From IMG/VR virus record IMGVR_UViG_3300014838_000014, positions 32,001-96,000 of that record: a stretch of 64,000 nucleotides of DNA; one strand, written 5' to 3'. This document shows, one piece after another, positions 47,961 through 58,058 of the stretch. Source of the stretch: a virus. The position numbers and the translations under genes were made by a program. Under the pieces are notes generated by a model that searched no databases, had not been told where the DNA came from, and worked only from the letters and a program-made list of their open reading frames with translations. Within the stretch, counting starts at the first letter, position 1. Every line of letters starts with the position of its first letter.

Positions 47961-49097
47961 ATGAGTTACGTTGCAAAGGGAACGATCCTCGATGAGGTTG
48001 CCTACGTTTCACGTAAACAGATGGAAACGACCGACCTACAGGGATCAAGCATCACCGTGTTGCCCACGTTCGCGTACAATCCAGAGTCGAAGACGTCCCC
48101 AGCGTCTGCGCTTCGCTGGGCATCGTTTCCAGGTGATCCAGAACCGAAGCCGATCATCACAACGAACAATCCATTCAACGTTCGCATCACGGGTCTCGAA
48201 CAACGATCAGAAGGTGGTCGAGCATACAAGGTGGTTGATGATTCAAATCGCCTGTTTGATCTTCGGGAGGATCAGGTCATCGAGGCGATTACGTTGTGTG
48301 GCATCGAACCAAATGGAATAATTCACAAACAATTCGTCTGGGGTATGATCGGTAGCCAAATGAAGCTTGTCCTCGTCGGCGGAAGGTTTCACGACGAGCT
48401 ATCTGCGATGAAGAGCAAGAAAAAGCAACGTGCTTTTCTAACGAAGTCGAGCGAGTTAAGCGTTGGACGTGTTTATAGGACGACGAACGATGAGTTGCTT
48501 GCATACGTTGGTCGAGTGGATAGGCTTAATCCCGTTCACGGTAAACGTTCGACCGAACGCATCAAATCGTATGCATTCGTTGCAATGAAACAGAAATCTG
48601 ATTATAAGTTTGTAACCACGTTTGATGACACGTTGTTACAACGTTATGACGATAAAGAAAAACGCAGGTGTCAACTCTTTACAGATGCGTACAATTCTTG
48701 GGACGTATGGTCGTGGGAGCAAAGGTGGAACTTCATCACGAACGATCTTCGTAGTGAACCATCTCATCACGTGTTCGACAGCGACGACTGGCACAATGTT
48801 CCTACCATTGTTTTTTACAATGACGTTCCAAGGTTGCTTCACGAGGAATCACCTGAATTGGGTGGGTTACCTGACAAGGTCATCGCCGAGATTCGATCGA
48901 ACGTTGATCACAAGCACCGTTATGATACCGCTAAAGCAACGAATTATAGCCTTGAATATTTGTGCTTCTATGGTACGAATTACGTACCTGAATATGTTAG
49001 TAGGTACAACGTGTTGCCAAAAATCGTTGAACAAAAGAACAAAATTCACCATGAGGTGATGAGTTACTTTATTGGTTCGCTCTTGTGGCACTCGTGA
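47961..49097 (+). CDS. Hypothetical protein
   Basis: 378-aa ORF with GAGG RBS. Confidence 0.65.
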   Translation: MSYVAKGTILDEVAYVSRKQMETTDLQGSSITVLPTFAYNPESKTSPASALRWASFPGDPEPKPIITTNNPFNVRITGLEQRSEGGRAYKVVDDSNRLFDLREDQVIEAITLCGIEPNGIIHKQFVWGMIGSQMKLVLVGGRFHDELSAMKSKKKQRAFLTKSSELSVGRVYRTTNDELLAYVGRVDRLNPVHGKRSTERIKSYAFVAMKQKSDYKFVTTFDDTLLQRYDDKEKRRCQLFTDAYNSWDVWSWEQRWNFITNDLRSEPSHHVFDSDDWHNVPTIVFYNDVPRLLHEESPELGGLPDKVIAEIRSNVDHKHRYDTAKATNYSLEYLCFYGTNYVPEYVSRYNVLPKIVEQKNKIHHEVMSYFIGSLLWHS

Positions 49098-49139
49098 CGG
49101 TGAAGTGCAATCCATGCGCGTCTATGGTACATTGGTTTC

Positions 49140-49622
49140 ATGATGTCGAACAGCGATAGCACCGATGAAGCGTTGAAGAAGTTAGCTGATGGGATTGCTC
49201 CTCTCGATCCTGTCAACGTTCAAGAGAACGCAGAGGTTGAGGAAACGAAGAAGATCAACGGCGAGATGTTGCTCTCCATCGAGCAGCGTCGAGCGAAGTG
49301 GCTGTCGAAACGACCTGACATTTCGCACCTGAAGAACGGCATCGTGCAAACGCCTGAAGGTCCTCTGCCTCTGTTCAACGTAAACGATCGCATCGTCGTC
49401 GATCGTCGCACCTCTTTACTAGAGGACAAGATGTGGTTGGAAACGATCGTGGGTACGGTGAAGAGCATCGACGACGATAAGGGCATCGTCATGATGACTG
49501 ACGAGGAAGCTGATCAAAGGCAGAGGGTTCGTCGGTTCGTCAGTTTCAAGGACGGAATGCACGACATTAGAATCGCACCGAAGGGTCGTGGCAATCCATT
49601 CGTCTGCAAGGGAACGAAGTGA
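49140..49622 (+). CDS. Hypothetical protein
   Basis: Starts 6 nt after GTGCAA-N17-TACATT. Confidence 0.6.
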   Translation: MMSNSDSTDEALKKLADGIAPLDPVNVQENAEVEETKKINGEMLLSIEQRRAKWLSKRPDISHLKNGIVQTPEGPLPLFNVNDRIVVDRRTSLLEDKMWLETIVGTVKSIDDDKGIVMMTDEEADQRQRVRRFVSFKDGMHDIRIAPKGRGNPFVCKGTK

Positions 49623-49745
49623 TGCATCATCAGCAGATGTCCATGAAGGAATGGGTGCTCGTTGCTACAACGTTGGTTGCAGGCATTGCGTTCCTGCTTT
49701 ACACGAACGGTTGATGTGACTTTACACAAACGAGGAACGACTGAG

Positions 49746-50081
49746 ATGTGGCCATTCGCGAAGAAATCACCAAAGACACCAAAGTCACCGAAACAAATCA
49801 ACGTTGATCGAGTCATTGCTACGATCACGTTGAAGAACGAAAAAGTGTATACACTTCAATTCACAGGCTATCAACATGATGATGGTTACTTCGATCCTAG
49901 AATCACGGCAAAATCATTATCAGAATCATGGATGTCTAAGTCTCAAAACAGAGGATTGTTATTCGTAGGTCACGACGGCGACAAAAAGATGTTCGTTCCG
50001 TTCACGAATGTCGAAAACGTTTCAATCGTGGAATCAAAATACCTCATTGATGAAGATGATTTTACGAAAATAAAAGATTAA
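49746..50081 (+). CDS. Hypothetical protein
   Basis: MWPFAKK start with GAGG upstream. Confidence 0.5.
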   Translation: MWPFAKKSPKTPKSPKQINVDRVIATITLKNEKVYTLQFTGYQHDDGYFDPRITAKSLSESWMSKSQNRGLLFVGHDGDKKMFVPFTNVENVSIVESKYLIDEDDFTKIKD

Positions 50082-50114
50082 GCTCTTTAACCATCTCGTG
50101 GAAATCACAGACAA

Positions 50115-50957
50115 ATGAACCATACATTGATCATTGACGGTGCAAACTTTTTACACCGCGCTCGAAGCGGTTTTGCGTTAGGCGATTACGCCATCGTGTA
50201 CAATACGTTACGAAGCCTACGTCCGATCTGCGATTGGACGAAGCCCACTCGAGTTGTGTTCACGCTGGAAGGCAGACCAAAGAGGCAACTCGCTCTTCTT
50301 CCTGAATACAAGGCGAACAGGTTTGTTGACCCGAACGACCTTGAGAAGGTCAAATCCAACGCTGATTTTCATCGACAGAGCGACGTCGTCGTTGACCTGC
50401 TGAAGAAGCACTTTCCCGTTTCTGTTGTTCAGCATTCAGATTTTGAAGCGGATGATTTGATTTACAACGTCATCCTCAGTTCGAGCACCGTGGCAAGGTT
50501 CACGGTCGTGTCGACCGACACTGACTTCACTCAGCTTCTTCAGGAGTTCAACAACGTTGAATTGTACAACCCAGTGAAGAAGAAGTACGTAGAGGCGCCA
50601 CCGTACGACTACGTAAGGTGGAAGGCCCTTCGAGGAGACGCATCAGACAACATTCCGCACCTGCCAGGAATCAACAACGATGCAATTGCCGTCGAATTCT
50701 TTAGTCACGGTGAACGCTTTGAAGAGGCGTTGGTCAACACGGAGCGTTTTGAAGAATTTAAACGTAACGTTGAGCTCATCCAGTTTAAGCGTTGGACCGA
50801 TGAAGAACGGCTCTTGATGCGGTCATCGACGCCCACTCGTGACTGGGAGAAGGTGCGCGAGTTGTTCAAAACATGGAACTTCAACAGCCTTCTCAAGGAA
50901 GGCACGTGGGATAAGTTCGTCAACACGTTCGAACCGTTATGGGGAAACGTGGGTTAG
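50115..50957 (+). CDS. 5'-3' exonuclease / flap endonuclease (T4 RNase H-like)
   Basis: LIIDGAN, YKANR, FEADD, STDTDF.QL, GDASDNIPHLPGI. Confidence 0.9.
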   Translation: MNHTLIIDGANFLHRARSGFALGDYAIVYNTLRSLRPICDWTKPTRVVFTLEGRPKRQLALLPEYKANRFVDPNDLEKVKSNADFHRQSDVVVDLLKKHFPVSVVQHSDFEADDLIYNVILSSSTVARFTVVSTDTDFTQLLQEFNNVELYNPVKKKYVEAPPYDYVRWKALRGDASDNIPHLPGINNDAIAVEFFSHGERFEEALVNTERFEEFKRNVELIQFKRWTDEERLLMRSSTPTRDWEKVRELFKTWNFNSLLKEGTWDKFVNTFEPLWGNVG

Positions 50958-51026
50958 ATGCAGTGAATTCGTTTTAATTGGTCGAATACGTTCACCGTTC
51001 AGTTACATACGTGTAGGAGGTGATAC

Positions 51027-51506
51027 GTGCAAGCTATAAAACGCGCCGTGGGATGGCTATGGGCATCTCCACTCACTGTGTTTGGGTTGCTGTACACCTG
51101 CGCTGGAACGCTGTTCGGATGGTTCAAGTGGGCAGGAATACACGGCGACGTGTTGCTTTGGCGCATCAACGTTGCAAAGTGTCCCACGTGGGTTCACCAT
51201 CGTTGGCACCCGTGCGGTCACACGTTTGGCAACGTTGCGATCACCGTTGAATCAGACATAAATTCATCGCATGGAAGGCTCATGCTGAACCACGTGGCTG
51301 AACACGTCAGGCAGGCGATGCAGCTTGGACCGTTCTTTCCAGTGATATACTTGTTGATTTGGTCATTCACGAAGCTAGTGTGCAAGCACGCCAACGCTCA
51401 CTTCTCGCACCCGTTCGAGGTTGAGTGCCGCAGGTGTGCAGGACAAATAATAGACATCGAAGGCACTGTTTCGTTGTTGCAATCTCGAAGGAAACATTCG
51501 ACGTGA
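51027..51506 (+). CDS. Hypothetical membrane-associated protein (degenerate zincin-like motif)
   Basis: LWASPLTVFGL; T.G.V; H...H..Q...LGPFF...Y; PFEVE. Confidence 0.55.
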   Translation: MQAIKRAVGWLWASPLTVFGLLYTCAGTLFGWFKWAGIHGDVLLWRINVAKCPTWVHHRWHPCGHTFGNVAITVESDINSSHGRLMLNHVAEHVRQAMQLGPFFPVIYLLIWSFTKLVCKHANAHFSHPFEVECRRCAGQIIDIEGTVSLLQSRRKHST

Positions 51507-51524
51507 GTCGTCATACTTATCTTA

Positions 51525-52043
51525 ATGAAGACGTCTCAGGCGGGTCTAGATCTGATCACCTCGTTCGAAGGTGAAATTCTACACGTTTATAACGACGTTG
51601 CAAATAAACCCACGATTGGCGTGGGACACCTTTTGAAACCAGGTGAATCGTTTGCAAACGGAATCACGTATGAACAAGCGATGAGTTTGCTGGCTAATGA
51701 TGTCATTGAGGCTGAAAACGCAGTCAACTCACACGTCACGGTTCTATTGACGCAGAACGAATTTGATGCATGTGTGGACTTCACGTACAACGTTGGAAGC
51801 GGCGCATTTGCATCGTCATCGTTGTTAAAACAGTTGAATGCTGGAAACGTTCAGAGCGCAGCTGATGGTTTCCTGCTCTGGGACAAGGCTGTCGTCGATG
51901 GTAAGCTCGTGCAAGTGCCGGGTCTATTGAGAAGGCGAATAGCTGAAAGAGCGATGTTTCTTTCGTCGACGTTTACGAACGTCGCGACTGATGATCAAGT
52001 TCAAAATAACACCGATAACGCGAAAGGGACGACGAATGCTTAA
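51525..52043 (+). CDS. Lysozyme/endolysin (GH24)
   Basis: FEG....Y.D....PTIGVGH, FTYNVG, GLLRRR.AE. Confidence 0.92.
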   Translation: MKTSQAGLDLITSFEGEILHVYNDVANKPTIGVGHLLKPGESFANGITYEQAMSLLANDVIEAENAVNSHVTVLLTQNEFDACVDFTYNVGSGAFASSSLLKQLNAGNVQSAADGFLLWDKAVVDGKLVQVPGLLRRRIAERAMFLSSTFTNVATDDQVQNNTDNAKGTTNA

Positions 52044-52881
52044 CTTCAAGCCTAGGCTTACGTGGAGACCTGATAACACACAACCGCTACCAAACGGGCA
52101 AACGTCGTTCAACGATGCGCTTCTTCGAGACAGCATCAACAAATTGCAGTCAGTTGCTTCAACGGTCCAAACGCCCGTGCAGGAGGTCAACGGCGTTCTT
52201 GACCTGAGACAGTTCTGTCCTCCCGTCGATGATCAAGGTCAACTCAGCGATTGCGTTGCTGATGCAACGTGCAGTTCATTGGAGTTCGTTAAAATAAGAA
52301 ACGGCGTGTCGTACTCGAAGTTATCGAGGCTGTTCCTGTACTACAACGCGAGGTTGCAGGTTCAGGAGACAAACGTTGACCAAGGTACGTACATTCGATT
52401 GGCCTTTTCAACGTTGGCAACCATCGGCACGTGCAACGAATCAACGTGGACGTATGATCAAAACATGGTGTTCACTCGACCGTCGTGGAGCTCGTACCAG
52501 GAAGCGTATTTGAACAGGATCACGAGCTTCTTCACAGTACCTCAGGACATCGTGTACACTGGCGGTGGGTTGCTGGTCAATGCAATAAAACAATCGTTAC
52601 AGGCTCAACACCCGGTCGTGTTTGGCATGACCGTGGATGACGCGTATCAACAGGTCGGTCCTGATGGCGTCGTTGCGATGCCGTTGCTCGTCAGGCAGAA
52701 TCCAGGTGGTCACTGTCAGATGATATGCGGGTACGACAACAACAAACAAACGTGGATCGTGCAGAACAGTTGGGGAACAGGTTGGGGTGACAACGGTTTT
52801 TGTTACTGCCCGTGGACGTACCTCGATGCTAGCAACGCGAATGACATCTGGACTCCGTACATGCAAGGTAGCACGCCGTGA
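52036..52881 (+). CDS. Papain-like cysteine peptidase (C1)
   Basis: DQGQLSDC, LSRLFLYYNAR, GGHC, QNSWGTGWGDNG. Confidence 0.9.
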   Translation: MLNFKPRLTWRPDNTQPLPNGQTSFNDALLRDSINKLQSVASTVQTPVQEVNGVLDLRQFCPPVDDQGQLSDCVADATCSSLEFVKIRNGVSYSKLSRLFLYYNARLQVQETNVDQGTYIRLAFSTLATIGTCNESTWTYDQNMVFTRPSWSSYQEAYLNRITSFFTVPQDIVYTGGGLLVNAIKQSLQAQHPVVFGMTVDDAYQQVGPDGVVAMPLLVRQNPGGHCQMICGYDNNKQTWIVQNSWGTGWGDNGFCYCPWTYLDASNANDIWTPYMQGSTP

Positions 52882-53228
52882 TGATCGATGAACGCGTTGA
52901 AGTGCGCGTGATCGAGGCACTGCTAATCGAGCTCAAACGCGATGAACGCATGGTATCGTTGCTTAAAAAGAGTGGACTGAGGAATGCCGCCAACTCACCG
53001 ATGAATGCAGAGGCAAAACGAATCGTCGATGAATGGCTTGATCTAATTGAATTTGACTTGGGACACGGAGTTTCGCTGTCTATTCGAACGCAGGCGAACA
53101 GGTTTGCTGCGAGGAAGCTGCCGATTCTATTGAGAAGGTTTAGGGGCAACCACGAAGCAGTTGTTCAGACGATCTTTAATATGCTTGACGGCAAGTTCAA
53201 CACTCAACAAAGAATGGAAACGTGGTAG
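52878..53228 (+). CDS. Hypothetical protein
   Basis: Coupled ORF. Confidence 0.55.
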   Translation: MMIDERVEVRVIEALLIELKRDERMVSLLKKSGLRNAANSPMNAEAKRIVDEWLDLIEFDLGHGVSLSIRTQANRFAARKLPILLRRFRGNHEAVVQTIFNMLDGKFNTQQRMETW

Positions 53229-53232
53229 AAAG

Positions 53233-53682
53233 ATGAACATCAACCTATTAAGCGCATTTAAAGTGATAGCGACGACAAGCATGCTATCACTTGTGTGTTG
53301 TCCAATGCTGTCGTCGAACTCGCCAGCATCCAATCCACCCGTCTTACATGATCAGGCATCGTGTCCTGCAGCGTGTGCCAACCTACAGAAGTTGGGATGT
53401 GGAATGTCTCAACCTGATCTCATGGGAACCAGTTGCAAGGTCGACACAGATTGCCTTGGACCTGATGCAGGCCACGATGCGTTTCAGACGTGCTTCAACG
53501 GTCAGTGCATCATTACGTGCGTTAACATCTGCATTTCGACGGAGAACAACGGAGTGTCTTTGAACCCTGCATGCGTTGCAACTGCAACGTCGTGTGAATC
53601 TGCGAACGATTGTGGTGTTGCAACTACGTCGGGTGTGTCGTGCACCGGTCCCAACTGCAAGGTTTCGCCGACGAGCAAGTGA
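53233..53682 (+). CDS. Cys-rich exported/lipoprotein
   Basis: Hydrophobic N-terminus; CPAACANLQKLGC and many Cys. Confidence 0.6.
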   Translation: MNINLLSAFKVIATTSMLSLVCCPMLSSNSPASNPPVLHDQASCPAACANLQKLGCGMSQPDLMGTSCKVDTDCLGPDAGHDAFQTCFNGQCIITCVNICISTENNGVSLNPACVATATSCESANDCGVATTSGVSCTGPNCKVSPTSK

Positions 53683-53720
53683 ACAGTTCGAACGATCTGT
53701 GTTACGATCAACAGGATTCA

Positions 53721-54290
53721 ATGAACAGCATCGATAAAAAGTTGATCAAGACATACATCAATGAGGTTCTCGCGGGATTTGACAACAAATCCGCCGGAAA
53801 GGACGGCGTTCCTTCAAACCTTCACTTCGGTGGTAACACGGTGGGTGATGTGCCGGTCAGGTCGAACACCAACGTGCTTGACGATGAAAGCAACGAGCAA
53901 CAAACAAGTGAACAAGGTTCGAAGCAAGCGGCGTGTTGCCTCATCATGGGCCATGATGGAACGGTTCTTGCCGTGTCAAGACGCAACGATCCAAGCGCAA
54001 TGGGACTCGCGGGAGGAAAGGTCGATCCTGGAGAGACGGCAATGGAGGCTGCTGCACGCGAGCTGTACGAAGAAACTGGTCTCACGGCGACGAAGCTGAC
54101 GCAGGTGTTCTCAAGCAGGGACGGTCAGGGTTTCGTGACAACAACGTTCGCTTGTGAGGTCGAAGGTGAAATCAACACTGAAGAATCAGGCGTTGTGAAG
54201 TGGGTTCATCCAAGCGTTCTTATCAACTCAACGAGCTCACCGTTCGCTGATTACAACGTAAAGCTGTTTGCAAAGCTTGGCATGAAATGA
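53721..54290 (+). CDS. NUDIX hydrolase with N-terminal leader
   Basis: GGKVDPGETAMEAAARELYEETG; N-terminal LIKTYINE. Confidence 0.88.
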   Translation: MNSIDKKLIKTYINEVLAGFDNKSAGKDGVPSNLHFGGNTVGDVPVRSNTNVLDDESNEQQTSEQGSKQAACCLIMGHDGTVLAVSRRNDPSAMGLAGGKVDPGETAMEAAARELYEETGLTATKLTQVFSSRDGQGFVTTTFACEVEGEINTEESGVVKWVHPSVLINSTSSPFADYNVKLFAKLGMK

Positions 54291-54757
54291 ATATATTCGT
54301 GCTTGACGAGCACCCTGTCGTTGCCGCGCAGATGCAGTGTAACAAACACGTCGTAAAAATGATAGTTGAAAGCGCTCAATTGCTGTGTACTGCGTTTCCG
54401 AATGGAACGATGCCGTACATGCACACGCACTTCAATCATCCTTGTGCGGCGTGGGTGCGAAAATCGCGAGATAACTTTTCATGGTTGCAGCTACATGCCG
54501 AAGCTCTATGCATTGATTACACGAAACGTTATGGCCGCATTCACGCTTCGCAGTCCGTTATAGAACGTGTCGGCAACACGGCGATCGAGTTCGAGTCGTT
54601 AGATATGACACCGTTCGTACAGTGCATGCCTGATGCGTACAAGCGCGCCAATGCCATCGATGCATACAGAGCGTACTACATCGGTGAAAAATCGAGGTTC
54701 GCGAAGTGGTCTCCACGAGCAAAGGCTCCTGATTGGTGGCCTGATGGTTCTGCCTAA
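54287..54757 (+). CDS. Pyrimidine-dimer DNA glycosylase-like (DenV-related) protein
   Basis: MNIFVLD...KHVVKMIVESAQLL, H.NHPC..W, AYRAYY. Confidence 0.75.
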   Translation: MNIFVLDEHPVVAAQMQCNKHVVKMIVESAQLLCTAFPNGTMPYMHTHFNHPCAAWVRKSRDNFSWLQLHAEALCIDYTKRYGRIHASQSVIERVGNTAIEFESLDMTPFVQCMPDAYKRANAIDAYRAYYIGEKSRFAKWSPRAKAPDWWPDGSA

Positions 54758-54778
54758 GGCGTAGTGTATGATATCAAC

Positions 54779-54991
54779 ATGAGCATCAAGGAAGACATTG
54801 GACCGAAGCAACTGATCGATGAGGCCGACACGAACGGTATCGCCGTGACGAGCGTGTCAGATGGACACGTGTTCGTTTTCTCGCGTGATTTCATCAATGA
54901 AATGCTTCGCAAGATTAATAATACCGGAATAGACAGGTTCGTCCTCTTTGTGAAGAATCCAAAAGTTGAAGACAACAGTAGAAAGAACTGA
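54779..54991 (+). CDS. Hypothetical protein
   Basis: ATG 6 nt after TATGAT. Confidence 0.5.
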   Translation: MSIKEDIGPKQLIDEADTNGIAVTSVSDGHVFVFSRDFINEMLRKINNTGIDRFVLFVKNPKVEDNSRKN

Positions 54992-55026
54992 TGTCATAAA
55001 ACGAAGTGCGTATCGTGTAAAACAAC

Positions 55027-55494
55027 ATGGGTTACGTTTCCAGCGCAGAAATGCTAGCGATACGTTCGATTCCTCCCATGAGTCCATACGGTCTCATTCA
55101 GGAGACGCTGTGGCCAGATGGTTGGATGATCATCGTTGCTTGTTCGATGTTGAATTGTACGAGTCGAAAACAGGTCGAACGGGTCCTTCCTACGTTCGCT
55201 TCGCGCTGGCCAACGCCGAATTCATTGCTTCTTGCTCAAACAAACGACATTATTGATGTCATCAAAAGCTTAGGCTTCTGCAATAGACGTGCAAAATCTC
55301 TCGTTGCAATGTCTCGTGCATACGTTACGAACGAATGGAAGGATGTTCGTGAGTTACCTGGTGTAGGTGAGTACGCGGCGAGGTCGTACGAAATGTTCGT
55401 GTTGGGAAACCTCGGTCACGAACCGCCGAAAGACCACGCATTGACGAAGTACTTCGTTTGGGCAAAGCTAAACGCTTCTTGTACGCAACGGTGA
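55027..55494 (+). CDS. HhH DNA glycosylase, MBD4-like
   Basis: SPYGLIQE...W..IVAC.MLN.T...Q, LPGVGEYA, P.DHAL..Y. Confidence 0.8.
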   Translation: MGYVSSAEMLAIRSIPPMSPYGLIQETLWPDGWMIIVACSMLNCTSRKQVERVLPTFASRWPTPNSLLLAQTNDIIDVIKSLGFCNRRAKSLVAMSRAYVTNEWKDVRELPGVGEYAARSYEMFVLGNLGHEPPKDHALTKYFVWAKLNASCTQR

Positions 55495-55665
55495 TTGTGT
55501 TGTACGTTAGTTATAATGGGTGATCCTGACGATGTTGGAGCACAGTATTCATATTGTGATCGGGGGATGGCTACAACGTTTGATGAAGGAATTCACAACA
55601 CAGGTGAACGTGTGTTGCAGATCGCTTTGTGATAAATCAGACATAAGAGAATGGTAGAGTGAAAG

Positions 55666-56394
55666 ATGACGAAGCCGAATAAGACAGAGTTGGTGTTTGT
55701 GGTCGATCGTAGCGGATCGATGTCTTCGATCGCGGAAGCGATGTCGCAGGGGTTCAACGAATTCATTGAAAAGCAAAGAACGTTACCCGGTGAGTGTTTG
55801 GTGACCACAGTACAGTTCGATGATGAATATCAAACGTTGTACAACGCGAAACCATTGAATGAGGTTCCGAAATACCAGCTTCAACCGAGGGGCACGACCG
55901 CATTGCTTGATGCATTGGGTAGCACGATCGATTCCGTTGGACAACGCTTGAGTGCAACGCCGGAGCACGAACGACCCAGCCAAGTGCTGTTCATCGTGAT
56001 CACCGATGGAATGGAGAACTCGTCAAGTGCATATCCAGGCACTGATGGTCGACGCCGCATCATGTCGAAGATCGTTCACCAGCGAACCAAGTACGCATGG
56101 GAATTCGTGTACCTGGGTGCGAACCAGGACGCAATCGCTGTCGCGGCAGATTTAGGATTCAGTTCCACGAACAGCGTTACGTACAGTGCATCGAACGCAG
56201 GAACATCAGATCTCATGCGTGGTCTATCTACAAGCGTAGCATCGTACAGATCAAGTGGACAACAGCGGGCTGAAAATCTTTACAACCAAGCATCGTACGA
56301 TGATCTACGATTCGACGGTAATGTTGATTTAATCAACGTCAATAATCACATCAACATCATATCACCGAAGTACTTTCGTAAAACATCCTCTTAG
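55666..56394 (+). CDS. vWA domain protein
   Basis: DRSGSM MIDAS motif, G.TALLDA, ITDGMEN.S, YLGANQD. Confidence 0.9.
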   Translation: MTKPNKTELVFVVDRSGSMSSIAEAMSQGFNEFIEKQRTLPGECLVTTVQFDDEYQTLYNAKPLNEVPKYQLQPRGTTALLDALGSTIDSVGQRLSATPEHERPSQVLFIVITDGMENSSSAYPGTDGRRRIMSKIVHQRTKYAWEFVYLGANQDAIAVAADLGFSSTNSVTYSASNAGTSDLMRGLSTSVASYRSSGQQRAENLYNQASYDDLRFDGNVDLINVNNHINIISPKYFRKTSS

Positions 56395-56441
56395 ACTCTG
56401 CTGTGTAACCACTGAGCCCAAGGTTGTATGATGTGGTTGAC

Positions 56442-58058
56442 ATGACAAAAGAAGAACTGCGTAAACAAGCGTTGAGCTTCGTTGATATTGATGATGTTGA
56501 TGATTTTTTAAACGAAGGGAAAATATTCGTGAATGAATGTCGTGAACATGATGAATTGCTTGCGAATCATATTCAAGTATTTCTTGAAAAATTGATGACA
56601 ATCATTGATTATATCAAGGATGAATACGTTCAAACCAACGAGCATGACACGTACGAGGAATGAAGGATGCCAATTCCAAACGTTGACAACGTATTCACTC
56701 AGCTAGAAGCTGCGCTGTGTCTGCTCGCTCGAGCGAAGGGCGAAGTGCCTGCGAAGGCATACTTCCTCAAGCAATCGACGAACGTTAGCGGTCTCATTCT
56801 CGATGGTGGAATATTTCAGGTCGTGATCACGGTTCCCGATGAACAAACAAATAAGGAATAGCATTCATGGTCGAGAGGTACGATGCACTGTTTATTAAAC
56901 GTGATGTACTTGCCAAAATCGATGAACTATTCACGCCGTGGTCGATCGGTCGTCCTGAAACGTGGGTGCCGAGCCCAGACACGAAGAACCTCATTGCGCT
57001 TGGTTATTGGCTCGATGATGAATTGAAGAAGGTTTGCGTTGATGATGCAGATCGCAGGACACAATTGTTGAAGTTCAATCGTCTATCGAGAACGTACGAT
57101 ATTTGGGAAACTGCGGCGGAGTGCATCAACGATGTAATCGACGGCACCGTGGAAAAGAACCACAAATCCCACAGGAGATGGGGATGAACGACGCCAACAA
57201 CGATCTACGTATCAACCGCCTCATAAAGGCAGTTCCTGACGTCACGCACCTCATCGGAGACGACGTCAACAGGACGGCTTCGAAGGTGTTCGGGTACATT
57301 TCACAGGCACGCCAATTGCACGGTAATGATGCCGTCATAACGGTCACCGTTAGCGTTCACGTGCCCTCAAACAGGTTGCCTGAGCACGTAAAGGAAACCA
57401 CACCATGAACAAGAACGTCATTGACCAGGTCAATAGTGGGCAGCACGCGAAGTCATACGGAAGGAACTTTAAACCGTTGATTGCCGCTGGATCATGGACG
57501 ATATCGGGTTTTCACTACGGTAATTCTCGGTGTGGTTGTTGCATGAGACCCATTCACCACGTTCTTCACCTAAAGAACTCTTCTCATGCTCAGGCGTTGG
57601 AACGAGATCCTCTTTATTCGTTCGCAGAAACGATCGACATCGGCGTCGTGTGTGGACCGAAGGTTTTTATGGAATCATGCGTCGGCTTCTACACCGATCC
57701 AGAACGCGAGTGGGAACGACAGTTCGCTTCATGGAAGGATTACATCAACTACATCGTTCTGTGTGCAAAAGGAGATGAAATATGGAAGCTCGTTCCAAGC
57801 GATGTTCGCACTCGTGTGGATTCATTTCTTGAGGAAGGATATAAGACTCAAGCACACACGGGACCATGGCACCTTGTAAAGGACGCCAAGAAGAGGTACC
57901 TTAGGTTGAAGAGATCGGCAGAACACGAACCGTTCAAGGGTGCACTGAGCTCGCAGCTACGATCGTTGTTGTGGACTACTAAAAGACTGTTGATAGTACC
58001 AAATTCATGGAACGTTACGTACGATATGGTTCTCGAAAAGAACGAGGAAACAACATGA
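56442..58058 (+). other. Run of five small hypothetical CDSs (56442-56663, 56667-56861, 56867-57187, 57184-57408, 57405-58058)
   Basis: Closely packed ORFs after a GTGTAA-N18-TATGAT promoter-like motif. Confidence 0.55.
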
